Source: Paracoccaceae bacterium
GTDB lineage: Bacteria > Pseudomonadota > Alphaproteobacteria > Rhodobacterales > Rhodobacteraceae
Direction of reading: 5' to 3'
NCBI GenBank assembly: GCA_902635985.1
Contig: CACPPZ010000001.1
Span: 23,781 to 87,780, forward strand
DNA: 64,000 bases
Within the stretch, counting starts at the first letter, position 1; each line of letters opens with the position of its first letter. The position numbers and the translations under genes were made by a program. Below, in pieces: positions 1 through 10,297 of the stretch. Under the pieces are notes generated by a model, which was not told where the DNA came from, ran no database searches, and was given only the letters and a program-made list of their open reading frames with translations.

Positions 1-1064
1 TTAGCTGGTTTTAGAGATATAGCATTAAAAATTTGGTCCATTTTTAGGTGATTAGAATGATACAGCCGTAGCATTGCTGGTAAAATAGTTTCGAGCCCAA
101 TCGCTCCAGATGCTGCGTCTTCAAATGGTAATCTTTTGCTTTCTTCATCTTGAGGAGTATGCATCGAAGAAACTATGTCAATTGTACCATCTCTAACTGC
201 TTCGATCGTCGCCAATCTATCGTTTTCTGAGCGTAAAGGAGGTTTAAGCTTAAAAAAAGTCTTGTAGTCGGCGATATCAAGCTCATTAAAGCTTAAATGA
301 TGTATCGATGTCCCAGCCGAAATATCCAAACCACTTTTTTTTGCCCGCTTCAGCACCTCAATAGAACTTGTGGTTGTAATTTGGTCGAAGTGATATCTTG
401 CATTTGTCATTTCAACTAGCGCTAAATCTCTCTCTAGTCCGATACGCTCTGCTATTGGTGAAGCGGATGGAAGACCCCTTAAAGTTGCAAATTTCCCACT
501 AGTTGAAACAGCTCCTTGCGATAAAGATTTTTCTTGCGGGTGTCCAATAATTAAAGCGTTAAATATAGAAGCATACTTCAAGGCTCTTGTGAAAATTTTG
601 TTGTCTTGTATTACATTATCGCAATCAGAAAATGCTATGGCTCCCGCGTCTGATAACATTCCAATTTCACATATCTCTCGGCCTTTTCTTTCTTTTGTCA
701 AAGCCGCAATATGAAATACATTTACAATGCAATCGTCATTTCCCTTTTTTTTCACAAAATCATAGGCTTCTGGGGTATCAATCGCAGCCTTAGTGTCAGG
801 GCGAGTAATAATTGTTGTTACACCTCCAGCAGCAGCAGCTTTACCTGCACTCTCAAAGCTTTCTTTATGACTTTCGCCGGGTTCAGAAACTTTTACACCG
901 AGGTCAACGATTCCTGGAGCCACAAATTTGCCTTTACAGTCTATTTCGGTATCTGCTCTAAAATCTTTACGATCAATGAAGCCATTTCTAATTACTATAT
1001 TACCTTCTGCTACTTTATTTAAATCCGGCTCAACTAAGAGAGCATTTTTTAGCAGCAGGCTCAT
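1..1064 (-). CDS. pyrC: Dihydroorotase / PyrC-like protein (partial, runs off the left edge; not in ORF track)
   Basis: Manual translation from ATG at 1064: [14 protein letters not shown]...[43 protein letters not shown]..., later [25 protein letters not shown] overlap with the pyrB stop. Confidence 0.88.
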   Translation of the reverse strand, partial: MSLLLKNALLVEPDLNKVAEGNIVIRNGFIDRKDFRADTEIDCKGKFVAPGIVDLGVKVSEPGESHKESFESAGKAAAAGGVTTIITRPDTKAAIDTPEAYDFVKKKGNDDCIVNVFHIAALTKERKGREICEIGMLSDAGAIAFSDCDNVIQDNKIFTRALKYASIFNALIIGHPQEKSLSQGAVSTSGKFATLRGLPSASPIAERIGLERDLALVEMTNARYHFDQITTTSSIEVLKRAKKSGLDISAGTSIHHLSFNELDIADYKTFFKLKPPLRSENDRLATIEAVRDGTIDIVSSMHTPQDEESKRLPFEDAASGAIGLETILPAMLRLYHSNHLKMDQIFNAISLKPA

Positions 1065-2011
1065 GTTAGTAACTTTTTATGCTTATTACTCTGATTTCTT
1101 GATAGTAATTCCATAATTGCCATCCGAACAGCGACACCCATTTCAACTTGTTCTTGTATCACACTTCTAGTGACATCGTCTGCAATATCACCATCTATTT
1201 CCACCCCCCTATTCATAGGGCCTGGGTGCATGACGATTGCATCCTCTTTCGCATGAGATAACTTCTTAAAATCTAAGCCATATCGTTGGAAATATTCCCG
1301 CTCTGATGGAATGAAGCCACCATCCATTCGCTCTCTTTGTATCCGAAGCATCATAACAACATCCACATCCTTAAGCCCCTCAATCATGTCGTGATATACC
1401 TCCACGCCAAATTCACTAATCTGCGAAGGCATTAATGTAGGTGGACCGATAAGGCGAATTCTATTTTCCATTTTTCCCAGCAAGAGCATATTTGATCTTG
1501 CGACCCTACTATGTGCGATATCTCCGCAAATTGCGATGTTCAATCTGTGAAGTCGCCCCTTTGTTCTTCTAATAGTAAGCGCATCTAGCAGAGCTTGAGT
1601 TGGGTGCTCGTGCTGTCCATCTCCTGCATTTATGACAGAGCAATTAACTTTTTGGGATAGTAAATCAACTGCTCCCGAATGTGGGTGACGTACAACTAAC
1701 AGATCAGGGCGCATCGCATTCAGCGTTAATGCTGTATCAAGTACTGTTTCGCCTTTTTTGATTGAGCTTCCTTGCAATTGCATGTTCATTACATCGGCAC
1801 CAAGGCGCTTGCCCGCTAATTCGAAGGATGCCTGAGTGCGTGTAGAATTTTCAAAAAACATATTTATTTGTGTTAGACCTGCTAAGATGTCGACGCGCTT
1901 ATTAGTCTTGAGATTTAATTCAGCATATTTTTCTGCTTTATCTAAGATTTCCAAAATAGCCGACTGTGCAAGCCCCTCTATGCCAAGTAAGTGTTTTTGG
2001 ATAAAGCTCAT
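1061..2011 (-). CDS. pyrB: Aspartate carbamoyltransferase catalytic subunit
   Basis: [18 protein letters not shown] and MHPGPMNRG motifs. Confidence 0.97.
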   Translation of the reverse strand: MSFIQKHLLGIEGLAQSAILEILDKAEKYAELNLKTNKRVDILAGLTQINMFFENSTRTQASFELAGKRLGADVMNMQLQGSSIKKGETVLDTALTLNAMRPDLLVVRHPHSGAVDLLSQKVNCSVINAGDGQHEHPTQALLDALTIRRTKGRLHRLNIAICGDIAHSRVARSNMLLLGKMENRIRLIGPPTLMPSQISEFGVEVYHDMIEGLKDVDVVMMLRIQRERMDGGFIPSEREYFQRYGLDFKKLSHAKEDAIVMHPGPMNRGVEIDGDIADDVTRSVIQEQVEMGVAVRMAIMELLSRNQSNKHKKLLT

Positions 2012-2133
2012 TGAATTCTCTGAACAGTTTTAAAACCGTAATAGTAATATCAAAAGAGTAGCACAAGGTATAAACTATTCTAGAAATTCATAGATTACTT
2101 TTAATCAACTTTATTTGAGATTAAATTAAGAAC

Positions 2134-2910
2134 ATGGAATCGGATTTCGACTTATTAGATGCTAAAACGATGCTAGAATGGCAAGCCGAACTTGGCATTT
2201 CAGAGGCTATTTCGGAGAAACCAATCAATCGGTTCGAAAAAAATGCTGATGAGAAGCCCAGTGTAGCAACTTTTAATCCTGATGCCACTTCTGTAAATAT
2301 AAAATCACAAAGTCCTATTGATGAAGCAGTACTTATATCTGCAAATGCAAAAAATTTACTGGAATTAAAAAGTTCAATTGAGAACTTTCCACACTGTGAC
2401 TTAAAACGTGGAGCTAGAAATGCGGTTTTTTCGGCAGGCTCTTCAGCTGCAAAAATAATGATTATTGGTGAGGCTCCTGGGCGAGAAGAAGATTTTCAGG
2501 GTGTTCCATTTGTTGGGCGCTCCGGGCAGCTTTTGGATAAAATGTTATTTTCGATAGGATTAAATCGAGAAGGGAGTGATGTTGAAAAATCTGTCTATAT
2601 CACAAATGTTATACCCTGGCGGCCACCCGAAAATCGTGAACCAACGCAAGATGAAATTGACATGATGTTACCATTTCTTAAGAGGCACATAGAATTAGTT
2701 GAGCCGAAGGTAATTGTTGCAATGGGAAACGTCAGTTGTCAGTGTCTTCTTGGACGTAGGGGGATCACAAAACTAAGGGGTGTCTGGGCTGAGGCTTTTG
2801 GGCTTCCTGTTCTGCCTATGTTGCATCCTGCTTACTTATTACGTAATCCAGTGGCAAAGCGGGAAGCTTGGTCTGATTTATTATCCCTTAAGGAAAAGGT
2901 TTTTACTTGA
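2134..2910 (+). CDS. Uracil-DNA glycosylase, family 4-like
   Basis: IGEAPGREED, PFVGRSG, WRPPENR and HPAYLLR motifs. Confidence 0.9.
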   Translation: MESDFDLLDAKTMLEWQAELGISEAISEKPINRFEKNADEKPSVATFNPDATSVNIKSQSPIDEAVLISANAKNLLELKSSIENFPHCDLKRGARNAVFSAGSSAAKIMIIGEAPGREEDFQGVPFVGRSGQLLDKMLFSIGLNREGSDVEKSVYITNVIPWRPPENREPTQDEIDMMLPFLKRHIELVEPKVIVAMGNVSCQCLLGRRGITKLRGVWAEAFGLPVLPMLHPAYLLRNPVAKREAWSDLLSLKEKVFT

Positions 2911-3452
2911 TGTCGAAGTTAGATATGGACAGAGAATTTATTCCTGTAAATTTTGCCATTCTCACAATTTCCGATACGAGGTCTTTAAGTGAAGATAAAT
3001 CTGGAGATTTTTTATCAGAAAGAGTTCAAAGTGCTGGTCATTCTGTTAAGGCAAGAGAGATCACTACCGATGACGAGGAAAAAATAGTCTCCCATCTTAA
3101 GAAATTAGTGGAGCGAATTGATGTAGACGTAATTCTTTCAACTGGTGGTACAGGTTTGACAGGTCGGGATGTCACGGTTGAAGCGCATAAAAAAATTTAT
3201 GACAAAGAAATTAAGGCTTTTGGGACTCTATTTACAATGATTAGCATAGAAAAAATTGGTACTTCCGCAATTCAGTCTCGTGCTACTGCAGGAGTGGCGC
3301 GTGGTAAGTATCTTTTTGCTCTCCCGGGAAGTCCTAATGCTTGCAAAGATGCATGGGATGGAATAATTGAAAAACAATTTGATTATAGGCATCGGCCGTG
3401 TAATTTTGTTGAAATCATGCCGAGACTGGATGAGCATATGAGGCGCAAGTGA
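2910..3452 (+). CDS. moaB: Molybdenum cofactor biosynthesis protein B
   Basis: ILTISDTR, TGGTGLTGRDVT, QSRA and LPGSP motifs; C-terminal RPCNFVE. Confidence 0.93.
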   Translation: MSKLDMDREFIPVNFAILTISDTRSLSEDKSGDFLSERVQSAGHSVKAREITTDDEEKIVSHLKKLVERIDVDVILSTGGTGLTGRDVTVEAHKKIYDKEIKAFGTLFTMISIEKIGTSAIQSRATAGVARGKYLFALPGSPNACKDAWDGIIEKQFDYRHRPCNFVEIMPRLDEHMRRK

Positions 3453-3509
3453 TCCACGGGTTAGTTTGAACCGTATTCAACATACCCAATAACTGAATAG
3501 GACTTAATT

Positions 3510-4967
3510 ATGAGGTTCTTAGGCAGAGGGCTGATAGGCCTTCTTTTATTCTCACTAGCGCTAGGTTTGTTAGGGCTCGCAGGGAATACTATAAAAGTTG
3601 CAGTGCAAGATCGTATGAACCAAGAGCCGCGTGCACAGAAAGCGCGCGAGAGGACATTTGCAGTAAAAGTTGTTCCTGCTGAAGTTACTAGTATCAATCC
3701 AACTTTAAATGCTTTTGGAGAAATCCAAAGCCGTAAAACATTAGATTTAAGAATGGCGGCGAGTGGCCAAATACAAGAGCTATCATCAAATTTTGTTGAA
3801 GGTGGAAGCGTAAAGAGTGGAGAATTATTAATTCGGTTAGATGATTCAAATTACCAAACGGCTGTGGATTTAGCAGAAAATAATTTAATCGATGCGAAAA
3901 ACGAGGTGATGGAGTCGGCTCGTAATTTGTCTTTTTCAAAAGAGGAATTAGTGGCCGCCGAGGAGCAAGAAAAGTTACGTCTGCGTGCTCTTACAAGACA
4001 AAAAGATTTAGTTGAGCGTGGTGTTGGAACAGCTGCAGCTTTAGAAAATGCTGAGTTGTCTGCTTCAGGGGCCACGCAATCAGTACTGTCGCGAAAAGCG
4101 GCTGTTGATCAGGCCAAAAATAGAGGTGCTCAAGCTGAAACACGACTCGTAAGAGCGGAGCTTGAACTTAAAGATGCAAAACGAAAGTTAGAGTATACCG
4201 AATTATATGCTGAATTTTCTGGGCTTTTAAGTGGTGTATCGCTTGTAAAAGGCGGTATTGTTTCTGCCAATGAGCGCTTAGGACAGCTAATCGATCCGGA
4301 GGTTTTAGAAGTATCTTTCAAGATTAGTACGCAGCAATATACAAGGTTGCTTAATGATAATGGCGAGCTTTTAAAGGCACCTGTTTCTGTTTCTTTGACC
4401 AATACGGATCAGGGTTTGGACGCTGATGGAGTAATTATACGTGACAGTGCGTCGGTGGCAAAAGGTCAAACAGGCCGCCAAGTTTATGCGAAGTTAACTA
4501 AATCAGTGGGCTTTAAACCCGGTGATTTTGTCGCGGTCAAAGTAGAAGAGCCTACTTTAAATTGGGTGGTTAAATTACCGTCAACCGCGCTTGATGCAAG
4601 TAACAACGTTTTACTTTTGGACGAGGGGGAACGTTTGAAAGAATTGCAGGTTAAATTAATGCGGCGGCAAGGTAATGAAGTTATTGTTCGTAGCCGAGAT
4701 TTAAGTGGTAAAGAGATTGTTGCTCAGCGGACGCCAGTATTGGGTGCGGGAATTAAAGTAAAACCGATACGTTCGGGTGAAGAAAATAAGGTGGCTGAAG
4801 TAGAAATGCTCGAGCTCACTGAGGAGCGGAGAGCTAAGCTTATTTCTGCCATAGAAACTAATGGGTATATTCCAAAGTCTGCTAAAGAAAGGATAATTGG
4901 CCAACTTACGCAACCAAAGGTTCCAGCTGATGTAGTTGCGCGTATCGAAAGTAGAATGGGAGGCTAG
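3510..4967 (+). CDS. RND efflux periplasmic adaptor (membrane fusion protein)
   Basis: N-terminal membrane anchor, lipoyl-like segment (VEGGSVKSGELL), long helical hairpin; directly upstream of an RND permease. Confidence 0.88.
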   Translation: MRFLGRGLIGLLLFSLALGLLGLAGNTIKVAVQDRMNQEPRAQKARERTFAVKVVPAEVTSINPTLNAFGEIQSRKTLDLRMAASGQIQELSSNFVEGGSVKSGELLIRLDDSNYQTAVDLAENNLIDAKNEVMESARNLSFSKEELVAAEEQEKLRLRALTRQKDLVERGVGTAAALENAELSASGATQSVLSRKAAVDQAKNRGAQAETRLVRAELELKDAKRKLEYTELYAEFSGLLSGVSLVKGGIVSANERLGQLIDPEVLEVSFKISTQQYTRLLNDNGELLKAPVSVSLTNTDQGLDADGVIIRDSASVAKGQTGRQVYAKLTKSVGFKPGDFVAVKVEEPTLNWVVKLPSTALDASNNVLLLDEGERLKELQVKLMRRQGNEVIVRSRDLSGKEIVAQRTPVLGAGIKVKPIRSGEENKVAEVEMLELTEERRAKLISAIETNGYIPKSAKERIIGQLTQPKVPADVVARIESRMGG

Positions 4968-4976
4968 ACATAAGTT

Positions 4977-7900
4977 ATGGTACGTGATCTACCCATTGGA
5001 GCGGGCGGCATTCTTTCATATTTTACCCGTCATAAAACAGTGGCTAACTTACTCCTAATAGTCTTAGTAGTCTCTGGCTTGTTGACTTTGCCAAACATGC
5101 GGGCACAGTTTTTTCCTGATGTAATAGTAGACGATATTTCTATTGGTGTCAGATGGAATGGAGCGGGTGCAGAAGATGTAGATGCCGGTATCGTTCAGCT
5201 GCTTGAACCAGTGCTTCTGGGTATAGAAGGTGTTACAGATGCATCTAGTTTATCCAGAGAGGGCTCAGCGAAGATAAAATTAGAGTTCGAGCCGGGCTGG
5301 GATATGGCAAGGGCAGAGGCCGATGTCGAGACCACGATGGATCAGATTTCAACACTGCCGTCAGACTCTGATGACCCTACTATTATCCGCGGTAACTGGC
5401 GCGATAGGGTCGCGAACGTTATCATCACTGGTCCGGTAGATATTGATCAATTAGGATTGTATGCAGATGAGCTAACGTCTAGGTTATTTGATCAGGGTGT
5501 AACTCGAACAACAATTCAAGGTTACGTTGCTCCCGAAGTCCTCGTAGAAGTGCCGTCGTCCAACCTCATTTTTTATAAAATATCTATGAAAGAGATTGCA
5601 ATGGCAATTTCTCAAGAGGTCGACACAAGCCCTGCTGGAGATGTAACCGGTGCAAATGCACGCGTTAGAACAGGTGTGGAAAAACGAAGTGCAACTGCGG
5701 TTGATAATATAGTTCTTCGGTTAAATTCAGATGGTTCTACCTTACTGCTGTCTGATGTTGCTACTGTTAAAATGAGTGGGATTGATCGAGAACGGTCTTA
5801 CTTTGTTGGAAGTAACCCAGCGATTGGTATTCGTGTTGATCGCTCACAAGAGGGTGATGCGATTGACATACAGCATACCGTCGAAACAGTTGCACAAAAG
5901 TTTCAAGAGACCTTGCCTTTAGGGACGACCGTTGACCTAATTAGGACGCGCGCTGATTACATCTCAGGGCGCCTTAAAATGCTTCTTGAAAATGGCCTAA
6001 CTGGTTTAGGCTTAGTAGTCTTGCTCCTTTTCTTATTTCTTAATGCTCGAACAGCGTTCTGGGTAGCTGCAGGTATTCCAACGGCGATGCTAGCAGCAAT
6101 TACAGTAATGTATTTCGCTGGTATCACGATTAATATGATATCACTTTTCGCATTGATAATAACGTTGGGCATCGTTGTCGACGATGCGATAGTGGTTGGT
6201 GAGCATGCTGATCAAAGGGCTCGTCTGGGGTTAGAGCCTTATGAAGCGGCTGAAAGCGCTGCGAAGCGAATGGCATTACCGGTTTTTGCTGCAACTTTAA
6301 CCACAATTATAGCGTTTTTTGGTTTAGTAGTTATAGGAGGCAGGTTTGGCGACTTAATTGCAGATATTCCGTTTACCGTCGTCGCGGTGCTAGCTGCTTC
6401 TCTCGTCGAATGTTTTTTAATTCTACCAAATCATATGGCACAATCCCTTAAACATGTAGGTAATTCTTATTGGTATGACTGGCCCTCCCGAGTTGTAAAC
6501 CGTGGTTTTGAATGGTTTAGAGAAACGGTTTTTGGACCTTTTACTAAGTTAGTAATTTCGTCTAGGTATGTCGTATTGGCAGGTGCAATTGCTATCTTAG
6601 CATCTCAGGTTACCATGGTTATATCAGGCAAAGTAAATTGGCGCTTTTTCAATGCACCAGAGCAATCATCTGTAACTGGTAATTTTGCCATGGTGGATAC
6701 GGCGACACGTGCAGATACATTGGCTATGATGAAAACCCTCCAGCAGACTGTAGAAGGACTTGCAAAGGAGTATGAAGAGAAACATGGTAAGAACCCTGTA
6801 AAATACTTGCTAGCTGAGGTCGGTGGAAACTCAGGGCGGGGATTATCTGGTACTGAAAATAAATCAAAAGATCTCCTGGGCGGTATTGGTATTGAGTTGA
6901 TTGACGCAGACCTGCGGCCATATTCTAGTTTTGCTTTTGTAGCAGAACTACGTGAGCGTGTTCCTCGTACCGCTCTGCTGGAGCAAATATCTTTTAGAGG
7001 GTGGAGAGCTGGACCTGGAGGTGACGCCTTAGATATTCAATTGTTTGGATCATCATCAAAGGTTTTAAAGGAAGCTTCTGAGGATTTAAAAAATGAACTT
7101 AATAAATATCCTATTCTGTCCGCGCTGGAAGATAATTTAGCGTATGACAAAGATGATTTAATTCTTCAATTAACTCCTCAGGGTCAAGCTATTGGCTTCA
7201 CGATCGATGGTTTGGGTGCAGTTCTCAGGAATCGTCTGAATGGAATAGAGGCGGCGACTTATCCTTTAGGACCCCGCAGCGCGTCGATTAGCGTGAAGTT
7301 ACCTGAGGGAGAGCTGACTTCAGATTTCTTGGATAGAATGCTGCTTAGAGCATCTGATGGATCGTATGTCCCTTTGGTTGATTTAGTCAGTGTCGATCGG
7401 CAGGCAGGCTTTTCTACAGTCCGACGTGAAAATGGGATTAGAATTGTTTCTGTGACGGGAGATATATCTGAAGATGATCCAAAGGCTGCGCAGCAGGTGA
7501 TGGAGACTTTAGAGTCTGAAATTTTGCCTAATTTGGCTTCGAAATATCAAGTTGAATGGCAGCTTGCAGGTCTTTCTGAACAGGAGGATAGATTCTTAAA
7601 TGAGGCGCGTATTGGGTTAATTACCTGTCTAATTGGTATCTATTTAGTGTTGACTTGGGTTTTTGCGAGTTGGACAAGGCCTCTTGTGGTCATGGCAGTA
7701 ATACCATTTGGACTAATAGGAGCAATTTGGGGACATTATGTGTGGGAAGTCCCACTTTCAATGTTTTCAGTGGTTGGTTTGCTTGGCATGACGGGAATAA
7801 TTATTAACGACTCCATTGTTTTAATAACGAGTATTGACGAGTACGCCCGTGATCGTGGGATAGTTCCTTCAATTGTTGATGCCGTTAAAGATAGACTAAG

Positions 7901-8372
7901 GCCAGTAGTTCTTACCACGCTAACAACTGTATTTGGGTTAGCTCCATTGCTTTATGAAAACTCGTCACAGGCACAATTTTTGAGGCCTACAGTGATCACC
8001 TTAGTGTATGGTTTGGGTTTTGGGATGTTGTTGGTGCTTTTGGTAATTCCTTCACTAGTTGCGATGCAAGGGGATCTAAAAAGGTTTTTCGTGGCTTTCC
8101 GCCAAGGTTTGAAATTTCGAAACTTTCGTATTCGCATTAGCTTCTATACTGCAGCGTTATTTATAGTCGCATGGCTAATCGTAACAGTAGTTTCCCAAAT
8201 TCTACTTGGGAAATCATTTGTGGATTTATCGCTGCTTGGCATTTCAGCTTTTAATAGCGGAGGTATGTCTTCTGCGTTCGTGCTGTATCTACTTGGTGTT
8301 CTATTCATCCTTTTTGTATTTTATGCGGTAAATGTTTTGACTTCCATTAGATCGTCGAGACAAAAAGCCTAA
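4977..8372 (+). CDS. RND efflux permease (AcrB/AcrD/AcrF family)
   Basis: 1131 aa; GIVVDDAIVVGE and RLRPVVLTTLTT motifs; two large periplasmic loops. Confidence 0.93.
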   Translation: MVRDLPIGAGGILSYFTRHKTVANLLLIVLVVSGLLTLPNMRAQFFPDVIVDDISIGVRWNGAGAEDVDAGIVQLLEPVLLGIEGVTDASSLSREGSAKIKLEFEPGWDMARAEADVETTMDQISTLPSDSDDPTIIRGNWRDRVANVIITGPVDIDQLGLYADELTSRLFDQGVTRTTIQGYVAPEVLVEVPSSNLIFYKISMKEIAMAISQEVDTSPAGDVTGANARVRTGVEKRSATAVDNIVLRLNSDGSTLLLSDVATVKMSGIDRERSYFVGSNPAIGIRVDRSQEGDAIDIQHTVETVAQKFQETLPLGTTVDLIRTRADYISGRLKMLLENGLTGLGLVVLLLFLFLNARTAFWVAAGIPTAMLAAITVMYFAGITINMISLFALIITLGIVVDDAIVVGEHADQRARLGLEPYEAAESAAKRMALPVFAATLTTIIAFFGLVVIGGRFGDLIADIPFTVVAVLAASLVECFLILPNHMAQSLKHVGNSYWYDWPSRVVNRGFEWFRETVFGPFTKLVISSRYVVLAGAIAILASQVTMVISGKVNWRFFNAPEQSSVTGNFAMVDTATRADTLAMMKTLQQTVEGLAKEYEEKHGKNPVKYLLAEVGGNSGRGLSGTENKSKDLLGGIGIELIDADLRPYSSFAFVAELRERVPRTALLEQISFRGWRAGPGGDALDIQLFGSSSKVLKEASEDLKNELNKYPILSALEDNLAYDKDDLILQLTPQGQAIGFTIDGLGAVLRNRLNGIEAATYPLGPRSASISVKLPEGELTSDFLDRMLLRASDGSYVPLVDLVSVDRQAGFSTVRRENGIRIVSVTGDISEDDPKAAQQVMETLESEILPNLASKYQVEWQLAGLSEQEDRFLNEARIGLITCLIGIYLVLTWVFASWTRPLVVMAVIPFGLIGAIWGHYVWEVPLSMFSVVGLLGMTGIIINDSIVLITSIDEYARDRGIVPSIVDAVKDRLRPVVLTTLTTVFGLAPLLYENSSQAQFLRPTVITLVYGLGFGMLLVLLVIPSLVAMQGDLKRFFVAFRQGLKFRNFRIRISFYTAALFIVAWLIVTVVSQILLGKSFVDLSLLGISAFNSGGMSSAFVLYLLGVLFILFVFYAVNVLTSIRSSRQKA

Positions 8373-9169
8373 CCAGAACATCCAACGAATTCGAGTGATT
8401 GATTAGACCCAATAATTGTGGTTCTTATTTTATCTCTTGATAATAATTTAGGGAGTTCCTCCTTAAGATTCTTCTCCGTCGAGACCACAATGCGATCATT
8501 AAAAATATTTGATTTTTTTGACTTTACAAAAAACACTGAACTCCCCACTTCGATCACAAAAAGCTCAATGTTTTCTACTCCACTGTAAACATTCTCTTGA
8601 TTAAATTTTAGGGTTAGTTCATCGTTACGTATTTCGCACTGAGGAAGTTGGAAGCCTGTCTCATTGGATTTAATTGGTGCGGATAATATAGCACCTAAAA
8701 TCTTATGATTGTCTTGGTTTTGACCGATGACTACAGAATGAGAAATGTCAAACGCATATGGAATGCAAACATCCTCACATATTCCAATATAGGCCTCTAT
8801 TTCTAACTTAATAGGTTTCGAATTATCAATTGGCGTTATTTTGATGGGAAGAGTTACACTGTCTTTGTAACCAATAGACCATAAATCGGGGTCACCAAAT
8901 ATAATGGGTGTGGGCCATATGATTTCAGCACTTGTGATATTTTCAGATTTATTAAAGTTGAATATGGGTCTTAAGCCAATCTTCCCTGGTAAACGCCAAT
9001 AAGTTTTCCAGTTTTTTTCTAAATTAATTTCTAAACCAAAAATAGGCTTTTGATCTTTTAATATCAAACCATCTGTAATTTTTGCGCTTACGAACCCATT
9101 TGAATGTGCAACTAGCGAGCTTGAAATCAGTAAACCTAGGATAAGTGTTGGTAATTTTAATAATTCCAT
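8369..9169 (-). CDS. DsbD N-terminal-like domain protein (exported)
   Basis: WKTYWRLPG motif and CEDVC (CxxxC). Start re-assigned to ATG 9169 (MELLKLPTLILGLL..., signal-peptide-like). Confidence 0.78.
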   Translation of the reverse strand: MELLKLPTLILGLLISSSLVAHSNGFVSAKITDGLILKDQKPIFGLEINLEKNWKTYWRLPGKIGLRPIFNFNKSENITSAEIIWPTPIIFGDPDLWSIGYKDSVTLPIKITPIDNSKPIKLEIEAYIGICEDVCIPYAFDISHSVVIGQNQDNHKILGAILSAPIKSNETGFQLPQCEIRNDELTLKFNQENVYSGVENIELFVIEVGSSVFFVKSKKSNIFNDRIVVSTEKNLKEELPKLLSRDKIRTTIIGSNQSLEFVGCSG

Positions 9170-9248
9170 AGAAATGGGCTGAAAAATTTGCATTATGAAA
9201 TGAAGCTTAAATATATATAAAATTATTTGGAATTTCTTTCTGGATTGA

Positions 9249-10187
9249 TCAATCATTTATAGCCGCTCTTATCAAACGGTCATTAATAGCCAGACCTATT
9301 CCCTCGTTTGGAATTGGGCTTACCGAAATTGTCTTGGTATCAAAACTATCTAAGATGTGAAGAAAGTTGAAAAGGTTTTGAGCAGCTTCGATTAAACTTT
9401 GGTCTTTAGACAGATTTAAATCACATTCAACATTACCAAATCCCAACTTTTTTTCTCCTTGCCTCCAATCTTTTGCATTAAGACGCAGATTGGCATTTGG
9501 ACAATAGTGGGACTTCATTTGACCTGGTGCAATAACTGGACCTGCTTCATCATAATGTGCAATTTTCAAACCCATTGCATTCGAAATAGCTTCAGGTGTT
9601 ATAAAGCCGGTTCGCAGAATTGTAGGCTTGGGTTTAAACGTAAGAATTGTGCTTTCAACCCCAACTGCCGAGTTTCCAGCATCAACAATTGCATCTATTT
9701 TTTGATTTAGATTTTTCAAAACATGATTAGTGGATGTTGAGCTTATCTTACCAGAAAGGTTTGCTGACGGCGCCGCTAAAGGCCTTTTCAATTGATCTAG
9801 AATTTTTAAAGTCACTGGATGACTTGGCATTCTTACAGCGACGGTTGGAAGATTTGCACAGGCTGTTTTTGCAATGTTAGAATTTTTCTTAGAAGGTAAA
9901 ACAATAGTAAGTGGGCCGGGCCAAAATTTTTCTGCAAGAGATTCAGCAGCCTTGTTCCATTGAGCATATTCCTTTGCCATCTTAGTATTTTTTACATGAA
10001 TGATTAAAGGATTGTATGCAGGTCGCCCTTTTGCTTTAAATATTTTTGAAACTGCCTCTTCATTGGTTGCGTCCGCTGCCAGACCGTAGACTGTCTCAGT
10101 AGGGATCGCTACGAGACCACCGAGCCGTAGAATTTCTACGGCTTTTTCTATTTCCTCCCAACTAGTTCCAAGATTTTTCGTTTTCAC
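9249..10187 (-). CDS. sua5: L-threonylcarbamoyladenylate synthase (Sua5/TsaC2)
   Basis: PTETVYGLAAD, KGRP..NPLI, APSAN motifs; Sua5 linker PGQMKSHY. GTG start at 10187 preceded by GGAG. Confidence 0.93.
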   Translation of the reverse strand: MKTKNLGTSWEEIEKAVEILRLGGLVAIPTETVYGLAADATNEEAVSKIFKAKGRPAYNPLIIHVKNTKMAKEYAQWNKAAESLAEKFWPGPLTIVLPSKKNSNIAKTACANLPTVAVRMPSHPVTLKILDQLKRPLAAPSANLSGKISSTSTNHVLKNLNQKIDAIVDAGNSAVGVESTILTFKPKPTILRTGFITPEAISNAMGLKIAHYDEAGPVIAPGQMKSHYCPNANLRLNAKDWRQGEKKLGFGNVECDLNLSKDQSLIEAAQNLFNFLHILDSFDTKTISVSPIPNEGIGLAINDRLIRAAIND

Positions 10188-10297
10188 GAATTGCTCCCTT
10201 TTGACGTTGCGTCTTTCTTGATCCAATCCTAGAATTCTTACACGGCTTATACTATACCCTCACTCTTGTTAGCGATGAATCAATCACGAGGATCCCT

